Assembly (NCBI GenBank): GCA_963836185.1
Contig: CAWIIQ010000001.1
Location: 576,001-640,000, forward strand
Length of the DNA stretch: 64,000 bases
Origin: Candidatus Krumholzibacteriia bacterium
GTDB lineage: Bacteria > Krumholzibacteriota > Krumholzibacteriia > Krumholzibacteriales > Krumholzibacteriaceae
Reading direction: 5' to 3'
Below, piece after piece: positions 50,403 to 60,451 of this stretch. The notes below the pieces were generated by a model that worked only from the letters and a program-made list of their open reading frames with translations, was not told the origin of the DNA and ran no database searches. The position numbers and the translations under genes are program-made. How positions within the stretch are numbered: the first letter of the stretch is position 1; each line of letters opens with the position of its first letter.

Positions 50403-51503
50403 ATGAGAAAAATATTTATCACGGTGCTGTTTCTTGCCGCCTTCGGCACGGACGCGTCTGCCGCCGGCGATACGAAAGGTACCATACGCGAACCTGCCGA
50501 TACGATCGGCTACGCGACTACGCCTCTTCAGATCAAGAGGGTAGTGTCACTGTCTGATTCGCTCATTGAAGCAGGGGCTCTCCCATTCACGCTCCCTTCC
50601 GCTTCTTCAGGGGCGGGAGAGATGATCGGCGCGATAGTTCCTCACGACGATTACATATACGCGGGGCCGTATTACGCGATGACGATAGACCGCGCAGGCG
50701 CGGATCTCGTCATCCTCTTCGGGGTCGCACACAGGGCGAGGCGGATCGGGCTCGAGGGGAAGCTGGTGTTCGATGATTTCAGCGGATGGAGAGGGCCTTA
50801 CGGGGTGACTTCCGTCTCGCCTCTGAGGGAGAAGGTGATCGAGCGCCTTCCGGGGGAGATCGTACTGGTCGACGGCGCCTTTCACGCATCGGAACATTCG
50901 CTCGAGGCCTTCATCCCCTTCCTGCAGCATTACGGAGGCCTCGATATCGAGATACTTCCCGTACTCGTGACCAGGTTTGCCGGGGACTCCTTTGAACGCG
51001 CCGTTGGAGAGATGACAGGTGCTCTCGCCGCGGTCCTCGCCGAAGAGGGGATTACGCTGGGAGCCGGAGCTGTCGTGATGATCTCCGCTGACTGCGTTCA
51101 CTACGGGGACGAGGAGTGGGGAAGCACGAATTACGCCCCTTTCGGTACAGGCCGCGAAGGATATGAAAAGGCGACTGCCCAGGATATCGAGATAGCGAGG
51201 GAGACCCTGGAGGGGCCGCTGTCCGCCGAAAGGATCGCGGATTTCCGTGAGCGGATAGAGAGGGACGATCTCGAATGGCCTTACAAGGTCACATGGTGCG
51301 GGGTCTATTCGATCCCGTTCGGGCTGAGCGTACTCGAGGGGCTGTCGGTGGCGCAGGGGCGCGAGGCGCCTTATGGCCATATTCTCGGTTACGGGACGAG
51401 CCTCGAGCCGGGCGCCCTTCCCGTAGAAGGTGCCGGCCTAGGAGCCACTAACATTGCGACGGAAAGGCACTGGGTCGGATATCTCGCGATGGGATACTGG
51501 TAA
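50403..51503 (+). CDS. MEMO1/AmmeMemoRadiSam protein B-like, with signal peptide
   Basis: PHDDY.YAG, GVAH, EHSLE, SADCVHYG, WCG, HWVGY. Confidence 0.75.
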   Translation: MRKIFITVLFLAAFGTDASAAGDTKGTIREPADTIGYATTPLQIKRVVSLSDSLIEAGALPFTLPSASSGAGEMIGAIVPHDDYIYAGPYYAMTIDRAGADLVILFGVAHRARRIGLEGKLVFDDFSGWRGPYGVTSVSPLREKVIERLPGEIVLVDGAFHASEHSLEAFIPFLQHYGGLDIEILPVLVTRFAGDSFERAVGEMTGALAAVLAEEGITLGAGAVVMISADCVHYGDEEWGSTNYAPFGTGREGYEKATAQDIEIARETLEGPLSAERIADFRERIERDDLEWPYKVTWCGVYSIPFGLSVLEGLSVAQGREAPYGHILGYGTSLEPGALPVEGAGLGATNIATERHWVGYLAMGYW

Positions 51504-51517
51504 GAAGCAGCTTCGGA

Positions 51518-51880
51518 TCACCCGGGCTCGATCACAAGGACGTCTCCGACCGCTGTTCCCGTTTCGAAGAGGCGCTCAGCCGGCAGTTCCACTGCGCTGA
51601 CCGCGCCGTCGACCGGTTCGACGAAGCAGTTGGGCGGAAAACTGCGGAATATCCTGACGATCCGCATCTCGCCGTCGAGAAAAGCTATATCGATGGGGCT
51701 TCGCATACCGACCGTGTATATTCCCTGGCAGGGTGAGATGTACAGGGCGCAATCTGACGGGATGCCGCGATCGCTGATGTGCCTCAGGGTATTCATGAAA
51801 TGCTCGTTCAGTGTCAGGAGCGTCGTCCCGAGGTACGTACATCTTGTTCTGTTCCAGACTGCCAACTTCGATCCTTCCAT
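51518..51880 (-). CDS. DUF192-family protein
   Basis: PCQGIYTVGMR.PIDIAFLD, SAVELPA, VGD. Confidence 0.75.
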   Translation of the reverse strand: MEGSKLAVWNRTRCTYLGTTLLTLNEHFMNTLRHISDRGIPSDCALYISPCQGIYTVGMRSPIDIAFLDGEMRIVRIFRSFPPNCFVEPVDGAVSAVELPAERLFETGTAVGDVLVIEPG

Positions 51881-52500
51881 CAGATGAACATGTCAGTCAT
51901 CAGTACGGCCAGCGTCGCAACCGCGAGAGAGGTCTTCCAGGGCAGCAGCTCTATCCCCGCGGGTAATGTCGCGGCGTCGTCACGGTATTCCCGCGGGGTC
52001 TTCCTGAGTCTGCGGTTCTCCATCATCGCCAGGACAGATCGGCATGGTGACCCCGGCCGTGCGTCGGCATCGGCGAACCGGGGGGCGATCCTGTCCGTGA
52101 TCGCCGGCTGTATGCCGGGCGATTGCTGCACGATATAGATAGCCGCGGCTATTGCGATGGCGGCAAGTCCGCCGAGTGGACCGAGCAGTGAACCTGCCGC
52201 TACCGGCGCGGCTATGTCTCTGAGAGCGATCCTGTCCATCGCGAGAAGCGGAGCGGCGACGGCGAATGCCGCGATGGCTCCGATGAGGGTCATTAAAAAC
52301 CCGCCTCCGCCGTCACGTAGTAAGTTAACGGTGGCGGAGGCGGCAACGACGATCAGGTACAAAACGGTTTCCCGTCCTGTTTCCTCTTTTCTTCGACAGA
52401 TGCGAAGAAGCGCGAATACGAAAAGGACGGCTATGAGTCTGATTATCAGCGTTTCAGTTTCCCAGATACTCACAGCTATCTCCCTCCAGGGACAGTCCAT
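51880..52500 (-). CDS. Membrane protein, degenerate A24 prepilin peptidase (CpaA/TadV)-like
   Basis: TM pattern, D.....A.G.LLG, C-terminal LP...LAVAT; adjacent to DUF192. Confidence 0.4.
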   Translation of the reverse strand: MDCPWREIAVSIWETETLIIRLIAVLFVFALLRICRRKEETGRETVLYLIVVAASATVNLLRDGGGGFLMTLIGAIAAFAVAAPLLAMDRIALRDIAAPVAAGSLLGPLGGLAAIAIAAAIYIVQQSPGIQPAITDRIAPRFADADARPGSPCRSVLAMMENRRLRKTPREYRDDAATLPAGIELLPWKTSLAVATLAVLMTDMFI

Positions 52501-52788
52501 TCGAATCCGCGTAAATATTCATTAACAAGATACATTCCACGGATTTACAGGCTGGAGACTTAGATCAGCCGGACAGCGATGATCGAATGGGGGATTGTCG
52601 TAACATGTTGACATGGAGCGGGTAGCGGGGCCTTGAATTTTCGGGCCCCGCGGCGGGAAGTGGATCCTGGCATCAGCTTTCGGTCGATGGCTCAGTCACG
52701 GGTTGGGAAATTTCACTCATGGCCGGGCGGCGGACTTCCGCCTGATGAGGGGAAATACCTACAAAGAGATCCCTGCCTTCCCCCTGTG

Positions 52789-54120
52789 TCAGGAGACGTG
52801 CTGTCCTTCCCCGTCGTTTCCAGTTGTTCCCGATGCTTCCCCGTAATACTGGAATACAGTATGGCCCTTGAAAAGTATGAACGCGATCGAGCTTCCGGTG
52901 ACCGCCGGCAGGATGTAGCTCGTTCCGAAAACAGTTATCGTCAGGGCTATCGCAGCGAGCGGGATGTTGAGTGTCGCGGACAGGAGCGCGGCCATACCGC
53001 AGGCCATGTACCCGTAGTAGGCGGCGCTCGTCGGTTCCGCGCCTGATGCTATCCCGACAAGCGCGCCGAGCGTCATGCCGATGATAATAAGGGGCCCTGT
53101 GTATCCCGCGCTCATCCCGCTGCCGACCGTGATCGAGACGAACAGTATCTTTACGAATATCACGAGGATAAATGGCAGGGCGATGTGTACAGCGAAAAGA
53201 GGTAACGAAGTGATACGTTCGATCTGACCTGAAGCGAGCCCCCTGTAGAGCTCAGGTGATGTTCTCAGCGCCCACTGAAGGCCGAAGTAGACCGCGGCCG
53301 ACATTATTACCGCGGCCGTGACTACCTGCATCGGCTGCCTGCCGGGGAGCTTGCGGAAGAGCGATGTCGAATGCCTGACTGCGAAGATGAAGAGCATGCC
53401 TGTCAGTCCGCTCGCTATCGCGGTCACCGGGAGCCAGATGACCTGAAGCGCGGATAACTCGATGCTCGGAGTGTTGATGACGAAGAACGGCTCCTCGCCG
53501 AGCAGGATGCTCGAGGTGATGTATGATACGACCGCCGACAGGAGGGCGACGATCAGGTAAGAGTATTTCAGGGATTCGCGCTGCAGGACCTCGGAGGCAT
53601 AGAGGCCCGCCGCCAGGGGAGCGTGGAATATCGCGCTGATGGCTCCGCTCACTCCGCATATCGCTCCGACGGTCAGGTCGTCGTCCCTTTTATAGTTGCT
53701 CAGGCTTACAGTTCGGCCGACGAGCCAGCTTCCCGCTCCGCCGCAAATGCGGGCAAGGGGGCCGACGATGCCGCCGCTTCCTGCCATCGCCAGGGTGATG
53801 ATCGTCACCGGAAACCTCAGTATCGTCGAGAGCAGGTCGAGTTTCCCGCCGCGGATGTTGACCGCGGTGATGTAGAACTGGACGCCTTCGCCTCCGGCCG
53901 AGGGGTGTTTCCTCAGTATCAGAAGGCCGACAAGCGCCGCCGCGAAGAAGGGGAGAAGCATCCTGTTCCGGGTTCCAAGCGAGTCGGTAAAACTCATGGC
54001 CGTGTCGAGACACCAGTCGAACAGGGCGACGATGAGCGCCGCCGCGACTCCTGTGACTATTGCTATGGTCAGGGTCCGTATTGTGTGCCGAAAAGTTCTT
54101 CCCTCATCATCTTTCATCAC
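52789..54120 (-). CDS. CLC-family chloride channel/transporter, atypical motifs
   Basis: GGEGV, GSGGIVGP, IF.APLA, GMSAG..GP, N.PLA. Confidence 0.85.
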   Translation of the reverse strand: MMKDDEGRTFRHTIRTLTIAIVTGVAAALIVALFDWCLDTAMSFTDSLGTRNRMLLPFFAAALVGLLILRKHPSAGGEGVQFYITAVNIRGGKLDLLSTILRFPVTIITLAMAGSGGIVGPLARICGGAGSWLVGRTVSLSNYKRDDDLTVGAICGVSGAISAIFHAPLAAGLYASEVLQRESLKYSYLIVALLSAVVSYITSSILLGEEPFFVINTPSIELSALQVIWLPVTAIASGLTGMLFIFAVRHSTSLFRKLPGRQPMQVVTAAVIMSAAVYFGLQWALRTSPELYRGLASGQIERITSLPLFAVHIALPFILVIFVKILFVSITVGSGMSAGYTGPLIIIGMTLGALVGIASGAEPTSAAYYGYMACGMAALLSATLNIPLAAIALTITVFGTSYILPAVTGSSIAFILFKGHTVFQYYGEASGTTGNDGEGQHVS

Positions 54121-55196
54121 CGTGCGGTATCTCCTTCGACGAGGCGTCTGAATTCCATTTCGGCTCTTTCCATGTTGGGAAGCCAGAGCCCCCGCTGCTC
54201 AACTGTCGCTGCTGCTTCTTCTCTCATCGAATCGGCCAGGACGGGATCCTCGTGGAGGCTTAGCAACGCCCCTGCAAGTGCCGCGTCGTCTCCGGTTCGA
54301 AAGAGTATGCCGCTGATGCCGTCGCGAATCCATTCCCTGTTCGCCGCGAGATCGGTCACAACAGGCACCGGACCGCAGGCCATCGCTTCGAGAAGCGAGA
54401 CAGAAGTAGAATCCGAACCGGAGGTGGAGACGTAGATGTCGGCTTTTTTAAGTTCAGCGGCTATTCTGGCCGGGTCGAGCCTGCCTGTGAAGGTGACGCT
54501 GCCGCTGATGCCCAGGTCGGCCGCGCTCTTCTCAAGCTCGCCGCGGCCGGGGCCGTGGCCGCATATTACGAGCCGGGCCTCTGTTTTTTCCAGCAATCCC
54601 ACAAAGGCGGCCAGCAGGGTCTTAAGGTCGTAGACAGGGTAGAGGTTTCTCGTACTGACGATCCTCAGGGGGCCGCTTCCCTGCTGTGTCCGGCCTTCCC
54701 TGTTGAATATGGAAGGGTCGATACCGAAGTATATCTCCACTATCCTCGATGGCTCCACTCCCGCGTGTTCGACGGCGTCAGAGAGCGATTCGGCGTCTGT
54801 CGTAACGAGCGACGCCCTCTTGAGGGCGTACTGGATCTGAAGCCTGTGCGCGAAAGATGACGGGTAGTCTACGAGCATGTCGGAGCCTATCGTCGACACG
54901 ACGAGGGGGCGGTAGCTCGATTGAGCGCCTATGAAACCGTATCCGCCTGCGTAGATCGCGTTGACGATATCGGGTCCGAACGACTCGAGTTCCTTCTTGA
55001 CCGCGCCGAGAGCGGCCGCGTAACCGGCAAGCTTCGTGGGAAGGAATTTCCTGAGGCGCCTTGCGGGGAATGTGCATCCGGTGACATCCTCGAAGGAGAT
55101 AAGCAGAACGTCATGTCCCCTGTCGTGAAAGTAACCTGCCCACCGGCGGACGTGTCCGAGAGAGCCGTCGCCGAGAAACGCTATTCGCATTATCAT
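54117..55196 (-). CDS. GT4 glycosyltransferase
   Basis: RGHDV, GSD, ADIYVS, SLLEAMACG. Confidence 0.88.
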   Translation of the reverse strand: MIMRIAFLGDGSLGHVRRWAGYFHDRGHDVLLISFEDVTGCTFPARRLRKFLPTKLAGYAAALGAVKKELESFGPDIVNAIYAGGYGFIGAQSSYRPLVVSTIGSDMLVDYPSSFAHRLQIQYALKRASLVTTDAESLSDAVEHAGVEPSRIVEIYFGIDPSIFNREGRTQQGSGPLRIVSTRNLYPVYDLKTLLAAFVGLLEKTEARLVICGHGPGRGELEKSAADLGISGSVTFTGRLDPARIAAELKKADIYVSTSGSDSTSVSLLEAMACGPVPVVTDLAANREWIRDGISGILFRTGDDAALAGALLSLHEDPVLADSMREEAAATVEQRGLWLPNMERAEMEFRRLVEGDTAR

Positions 55197-55221
55197 CCTT
55201 TCCCGCGATACCTGCTGCCCG

Positions 55222-56766
55222 TCAGCCGGGAAGATGGATCGGAGCGTCAGGGCCGACAGGCAGCCCTAACAGCATCCACGCTGCCAGCAGAATGGTCCAT
55301 ACTACCCCGATTATGATCGTATACGGGAGCATCGTTGCGGTGATCGTCCCTATTCCGTATTTCTCATCGTACTTCTGCGCGAAGGCAACGATCAGTGCGA
55401 AGTAACTCATCATCGGGGTGATGATGTTTGTGATCGAGTCACCGATCCTGAACGCCGCCTGAGTTATTCCGGGGTGATATCCGACGAGCATGAACATCGG
55501 GACGAAGACCGGAGCCATGATCGCCCACTTGGCCGACGCGCTTCCCATGAAGAGATTGATAAAGGCCGAGAGGATCACGAACGCGACGAGGAGCATCACA
55601 CCGGTGAAGCCGATGCTGCCGAGGAACTCGGCGCCCCTTATCGCCATGAGCACTCCTATATTGCTGTATTTGAAATAGTAGACGAACTGTGCCGCGAAAA
55701 ATACGATGACGATATAACCCGAAAGGCCCTGCATCGATTTCGACATGAACTTGATGATCTGCTTGTCGCTGCTTATCGTGCCGACGGCGATACCGTAGGC
55801 TGTGCCCGGGATGATAAAGAAGATCATGATCGCTGTGATCAGGCCGCTCATGAAGGGGGAGCGCAGAAGCGATCCGGTCTCGGGATTCCTCAGGAGCGCT
55901 CCCTCGGGAATCGTGAGCAGGGCGAGGATCACGACGAAGACCGCGACCGAGCCGCCGGCCCAGGCGAGCCCCTTGCGCTCGTTGGGCGATACCTTCTCGA
56001 AATCCTCGATCTCGCCCTCATACTTCCCGAGCCTCGGCTCTACGATCCTCTCGGTGACGATCGTGCCGATTATGACGATCATGGAGGCGGAGGCGAGCAT
56101 GAAGTAGTAGTTGACCGCCGGGGATATATGCATCTCGGGGTCGATGATCTGGGCGGCTGATTCGGTAAGGCCGGCGAGGATAGGGTCGATCGACCCTATC
56201 AGGAAGTTCGCTCCGAATCCTCCCGACACTCCCAGGAATGCAGCTGCCAGACCGGCTATCGGATGCCTTTTGAACGCAGCGAATATCATCGCCCCCAGGG
56301 GGATCAGCACTACGTACCCGGCGCTCGAGGCGAGGTGGGAGAGGATCCCCGCCGCGATCACAGCCGCCGTTATCATCCTGGGCGGGGCGCTTGTTACGAG
56401 GTGGCGCAGCAGCGCGGAGATCAGGCCCGAGCCTTCCGCGACGCCGATACCGATCATCGCTACGAGCACGATGCCGAGCGGAGGGAAATGAACGAAGTTA
56501 CTGGTCATCTCCGTCCACATGAACCGGAAGCCTTCGGCAGAGATCATGTTGACCGCCATGATAGTCTCTCCGGTCCCGGGGTGGACGGCGGTGACGCCGG
56601 CCCTCGCTATCAGCCATGAGGCTATCGCGATCATGAACGCGAATATGGCGAAGAGGGTCGCGGGATGCGGGAGCTTGTTGCCCACCTTCTCGACCCCGTC
56701 GAGAAATCGCATCATGGCGGATCTCTTCACGGTAGCGGCATTGCCGTTGCCTTCGGTCATCGTCAA
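55222..56766 (-). CDS. abgT: AbgT-family transporter
   Basis: VEKVGNKLPHP, HPIAGLAA, GSASAKW, RIGDS.TN.ITP. Confidence 0.9.
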   Translation of the reverse strand: MTMTEGNGNAATVKRSAMMRFLDGVEKVGNKLPHPATLFAIFAFMIAIASWLIARAGVTAVHPGTGETIMAVNMISAEGFRFMWTEMTSNFVHFPPLGIVLVAMIGIGVAEGSGLISALLRHLVTSAPPRMITAAVIAAGILSHLASSAGYVVLIPLGAMIFAAFKRHPIAGLAAAFLGVSGGFGANFLIGSIDPILAGLTESAAQIIDPEMHISPAVNYYFMLASASMIVIIGTIVTERIVEPRLGKYEGEIEDFEKVSPNERKGLAWAGGSVAVFVVILALLTIPEGALLRNPETGSLLRSPFMSGLITAIMIFFIIPGTAYGIAVGTISSDKQIIKFMSKSMQGLSGYIVIVFFAAQFVYYFKYSNIGVLMAIRGAEFLGSIGFTGVMLLVAFVILSAFINLFMGSASAKWAIMAPVFVPMFMLVGYHPGITQAAFRIGDSITNIITPMMSYFALIVAFAQKYDEKYGIGTITATMLPYTIIIGVVWTILLAAWMLLGLPVGPDAPIHLPG

Positions 56767-56775
56767 TCCTCTCTG

Positions 56776-57189
56776 TCAGAACTCTCCGCCGGCGGTAGCT
56801 TTGACCAGCGTTCCATACTTTATGCCTTTCATGGAGATCATCTCGTCCGCGAAATCCCTCACCTCTCCGGCTTTCCCGCGGATCACCTTGACCTCGAGAC
56901 AGGTGTCGTGGTCGAGATGGAGATGGAGGGTCGAAAGAATACTGCCCTCCCAGTGGTGCTCCTTCTTCAGGAGCCGTGACGAGAGCTCGCGTTTGTGATG
57001 ATCGAATACTATGACCAGTACGCCGATGATCTCTCCCGATGTATCGGTCCACTCATCGTCGACGATCGTCTTTCTCACCAGGTCGCGGATCGCCTCGGAC
57101 CTGTTTGGATATCCCTTGTCCCGGACCATGGTGTCCAGCTTTTCAAGAAGGATGTCATCCATGGAGACTCCGAACCTTGTAGTGCTCAT
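56776..57189 (-). CDS. nikR: Nickel-responsive regulator NikR
   Basis: RFGVS, GY.NRSEAIRD, DHH, STLHLHLDHDTCLEV. Confidence 0.93.
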   Translation of the reverse strand: MSTTRFGVSMDDILLEKLDTMVRDKGYPNRSEAIRDLVRKTIVDDEWTDTSGEIIGVLVIVFDHHKRELSSRLLKKEHHWEGSILSTLHLHLDHDTCLEVKVIRGKAGEVRDFADEMISMKGIKYGTLVKATAGGEF

Positions 57190-57327
57190 CTGAGACCTTT
57201 CGCGTTATTCGAGGTTTCGTCGGACAGGATGACGTTAAGAGAGAAGCTGTCCGCAGGTCAACCGGATTCGAGAGCCTGGAAAGAGACGGTTGATAGCAGC
57301 GGGCCCGCTGATGTAAGTTTCGCGGTG

Positions 57328-58035
57328 ATGGAAACACCAGAGAGCATCAAGGCGGGAACGATCAGGAAGGTCTACGAACTTCTCCTCGCGGAGTACGGGA
57401 GACAGGGATGGTGGCCCGTGACGAGGCGCAAGGGAGGGGAGCCGGAATATCTCGGCGGACCCGTTGACAGCCGCGGGAGATTCGAGGTGGCCGTAGGGGC
57501 CGTGCTCACTCAGAACACAGCGTGGGAAAACGCGGCAAAAGCCATTTCCGCGCTCTCCGCGGCTGATATGATCGATCCGGCCAGCCTCGCCGCTGCCCGG
57601 CACGAAGATGTGGCCATCCTGGTCCGCAGCTCGGGCTACTACAACCAGAAGGCACGCCGCCTCGGGATACTTGCCCGCTATTTTCTCGATATCGGAGACG
57701 GCATTCCCGACCGGGAGTCGCTTCTGGCCCTCGAGGGAGTAGGCCCCGAGACAGCCGATTCAATACTGTTATATGCCTTTTCGCTTACTTTTTTTGTTGT
57801 GGATGCCTATACAAAAAGGTTATTTTCGAGACTGGGTGTCATAAGGGGTGACGAAAGTCACGACCGGGTCAGGGACCTTTTCGAGGAAAGCCTCGAAAGG
57901 ACTCCGGAAATCTACAACGAGTACCACGCGCTTATCGTTGCCCAGTGCAAACGAAAGTGCCTGCGCGCTCCGGTCTGTGACGAATGCCCCGTTTCGGCCC
58001 TGTGTGCATCCGACAGCTCACGCGGGGAGGGATAG
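57328..58035 (+). CDS. HhH-GPD endonuclease III-like DNA glycosylase
   Basis: WWP, GAVLTQNT.W, GVGPETADSILLYA, VVDAY, C-terminal C......C..CP....C. Confidence 0.88.
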   Translation: METPESIKAGTIRKVYELLLAEYGRQGWWPVTRRKGGEPEYLGGPVDSRGRFEVAVGAVLTQNTAWENAAKAISALSAADMIDPASLAAARHEDVAILVRSSGYYNQKARRLGILARYFLDIGDGIPDRESLLALEGVGPETADSILLYAFSLTFFVVDAYTKRLFSRLGVIRGDESHDRVRDLFEESLERTPEIYNEYHALIVAQCKRKCLRAPVCDECPVSALCASDSSRGEG

Positions 58036-58114
58036 TTTCTTTGCTCCGCCGACATATGACGATCCGGCGATGGGCCGCGACTCGCCGCACGCCTGCCGGG
58101 AAGTCGGGATGGTA

Positions 58115-58156
58115 TCAAGAATTATTATTGACTTGGTCGCTGTTTGTTCGTAACTT
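58115..58156 (+). promoter_or_regulatory. Fur/PerR-like box overlapping sigma70 promoter
   Basis: Near-palindrome TCAAGAAT-T-ATTATTGA (58115-58131) overlapping TTGACT-N17-TAACTT. Confidence 0.6.
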
Positions 58157-58203
58157 GACAGTACGCAAAGGATTAACACAGCCGGTGGGGATAGGAGCAG
58201 AAG

Positions 58204-58620
58204 ATGCATTCATTTGAGACGACAATAGGAAGGCTTAGAACCGAAGGCTTCAAATTGACACCACAGCGTCTGTCGGTCATTCGCTACCTGATCGGGAACA
58301 AGACCCATCCGACAGCCGCAGTCATCTACAAGGACCTGAAGAAGAAATACCCCAGTCTTTCATTTTCCACGGTCTACAACACGCTGAACATGCTCGAGAA
58401 GATCGGCGAGGTGCAGCCGCTGCATCTCTTCGACGATTTTCTCAATTACGATCCTGATACCGGTTCCCACTACCATTTTGTCTGCGGGAGCTGCAACAGT
58501 ATTATTGACATTTTCCCGCGGGACGGTGAGAATGTATCACTGCCGGAAGGCGATATCTCGGGGAACAGGATCGAATCGGCGCAGATCGTTTTCAAGGGTA
58601 CGTGCAGAAACTGTCTCTAG
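58204..58620 (+). CDS. Fur-family regulator, PerR-like
   Basis: TPQR, HPTA, STVYNTL, HYHFVC..C, C..C; upstream of rubrerythrin/rubredoxin genes. Confidence 0.9.
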   Translation: MHSFETTIGRLRTEGFKLTPQRLSVIRYLIGNKTHPTAAVIYKDLKKKYPSLSFSTVYNTLNMLEKIGEVQPLHLFDDFLNYDPDTGSHYHFVCGSCNSIIDIFPRDGENVSLPEGDISGNRIESAQIVFKGTCRNCL

Positions 58621-58647
58621 GGGGCAGCGGCGCAAAAGAACAATCTG

Positions 58648-58681
58648 ATTGAGGCGGCGTGCTCGCCGCCTCGATTCTTTT
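58648..58681 (+). terminator. Hairpin/terminator after the Fur-family gene
   Basis: GAGGCGGCG-TGCT-CGCCGCCTC-GATTCTTTT. Confidence 0.55.
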
Positions 58682-58739
58682 CAGAGCGGAATAAATCGGA
58701 TATTGAAATCATGGCGGCTGGTGGAAGGCGGACCGGGCA

Positions 58740-59735
58740 GTGAGCATCGATGAACGTGAAGAGATCCTGAAGGTCCTCTCGGGTGCGATCATCCGCGAGA
58801 CAAACGCGTTCAACTTCTACTCCAAGGGGAGCGAGAACGAGCACATACCGGCAGGCGCCAAGGGCCTTCTCTCGAGGCTGGCCGCGGAAGAAAGGGTCCA
58901 CAGGCAGCTCCTTGTAAACGAGTACCGGGCTATCGAGAAGGGTTGGAACGGCGCGCCCGGCGAGGAAGGCGAGCCGGCCCTTTCCTTCGAAATACCCGAC
59001 GATCCTTCATTTACTCCTCTTGAACTCAGCGAAGCCCTCGAAGCGATAGCTCTGACCCTGCCGAGCAGGCTGGTCGGGGGCGACAGTATATTCTCCAGGG
59101 TCATAAGGGATCACTCCGGAATCGCCAGAGGCACTCTCCTCCTGTTTTACGACGCGATGGGGCACAGCATGAAGACTACGGAGATCAACGCCCTGGCGGC
59201 CAGAGCAGTCGGCGAGTATATCGACTCTGTCTCTCTGTCGAAGATGGAAACCGAGATGCTGAGCCCCAAAAAGATAGTATCCCTGCTCAACGAGAAGATC
59301 GCCGAGAAATACGAGGGTGAGGGGATATTCCTCACCGTTCTCTGCGTCCTCTTCGATTGCGGCAACGGGACGCTGACATATACAAGTGCCGGACATGAGC
59401 CCCCGTTCGTAGTAGACGCTTCGGGCAAGGCATCTTCGCTCCTGCAGACCCAGCTGATAGCGGGGATCGATCCCGCCTTTCATTACAGGGAGCACTCGAT
59501 GCCGCTGAATCCGGGCGATATCTTCTGCGTGTTCTCCGACGGGATAGTAGAGGCGGAGAATGAGGATCAGGAGATCTACGGCCGCAGCGGGATATCGAAG
59601 ATACTCGAGGATACCCGTGGCGGAACGCCCGGCGATATCGTTGCCGGCATTCTCTCCGGCCTGAAGGAACATCTCGGCGGTCAGCCGCTGAAGGACGAGG
59701 TCTCGATCATTGTCGTAAAGCTGAAGGGAGAGTGA
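58740..59735 (+). CDS. Half-rubrerythrin domain fused to SpoIIE/RsbU-type PP2C phosphatase
   Basis: AI.RE..A..FY...LAAEERVH; then VGGD, DAMGH, SAGH, SDG..EA, DEVS. Confidence 0.8.
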   Translation: MSIDEREEILKVLSGAIIRETNAFNFYSKGSENEHIPAGAKGLLSRLAAEERVHRQLLVNEYRAIEKGWNGAPGEEGEPALSFEIPDDPSFTPLELSEALEAIALTLPSRLVGGDSIFSRVIRDHSGIARGTLLLFYDAMGHSMKTTEINALAARAVGEYIDSVSLSKMETEMLSPKKIVSLLNEKIAEKYEGEGIFLTVLCVLFDCGNGTLTYTSAGHEPPFVVDASGKASSLLQTQLIAGIDPAFHYREHSMPLNPGDIFCVFSDGIVEAENEDQEIYGRSGISKILEDTRGGTPGDIVAGILSGLKEHLGGQPLKDEVSIIVVKLKGE

Positions 59736-59738
59736 GCT

Positions 59739-60224
59739 TTGTCGCACCACACTCTTAAGGACGCCATCTCGAGGGCGATATACGCCGAGATAGGAGCGAT
59801 GAACTTCTACTCGCGGATGGCGGCGAAGATCGATAACGAAGAGGGCAGCAGCAGGTTCGAGCAGCTGTCCGGGGACGAGAAGGGCCACAGGGATACGCTG
59901 AAGGGCTGGTATTCGCGGCTCTTCGAGACCGAATTCGTCGAGGATGAACAGGTGATAAAGAGCTCGGAGATCGGTGACATCGAGATCCGCGGGGAGGCCG
60001 GCGCGATCGAGGCACTCGATATCGCGATCGAGGCCGAGTCGAAAGCGAACGACTTTTACCTGGCCGAGGCGGAGAAGGCCGAGGATCCCGAGTTGAAAAA
60101 GATGTTCGAATCTCTTGCGCTGCAGGAAAAAGGACATTACGATCTGCTTACAGCGGAAAAGAATGCACTTACCGGGGGATTCTACTGGTTCGACATGGAC
60201 CAGTCAGGATTCCTGGAGGATTGA
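59739..60224 (+). CDS. Rubrerythrin/ferritin-like diiron protein
   Basis: Two E...FY...E..H repeats (DEKGH, QEKGH). Confidence 0.85.
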   Translation: MSHHTLKDAISRAIYAEIGAMNFYSRMAAKIDNEEGSSRFEQLSGDEKGHRDTLKGWYSRLFETEFVEDEQVIKSSEIGDIEIRGEAGAIEALDIAIEAESKANDFYLAEAEKAEDPELKKMFESLALQEKGHYDLLTAEKNALTGGFYWFDMDQSGFLED

Positions 60225-60236
60225 AAGGAGCGAGGC

Positions 60237-60401
60237 ATGAAGAAGATGTATGTATGCGATATCTGCGGATATATCTATGATCCCGATCTCGGCGATCCTG
60301 ATGCAGGGATCGAGCCCGGGATGTCCTTCAAGGACCTTCCCGATGACTGGGTATGTCCCGACTGTGGCGCCGGCAAAGAGGATTTCTCACCTGCCGACTG
60401 A
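60237..60401 (+). CDS. Rubredoxin (54 aa), not in ORF track
   Basis: RBS AAAGGAG; [54 protein letters not shown]. Confidence 0.95.
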   Translation: MKKMYVCDICGYIYDPDLGDPDAGIEPGMSFKDLPDDWVCPDCGAGKEDFSPAD

Positions 60402-60451
60402 CGCTGTACGGCTTATGGTAAAGAGAACGATTGTCCACGGGAGGACTATGA

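Noticed and set aside
52501-52788. Sigma54 promoter or c-di-GMP riboswitch
   Set aside because: TGGCA lacks a correctly spaced GC; only a generic hairpin is present.
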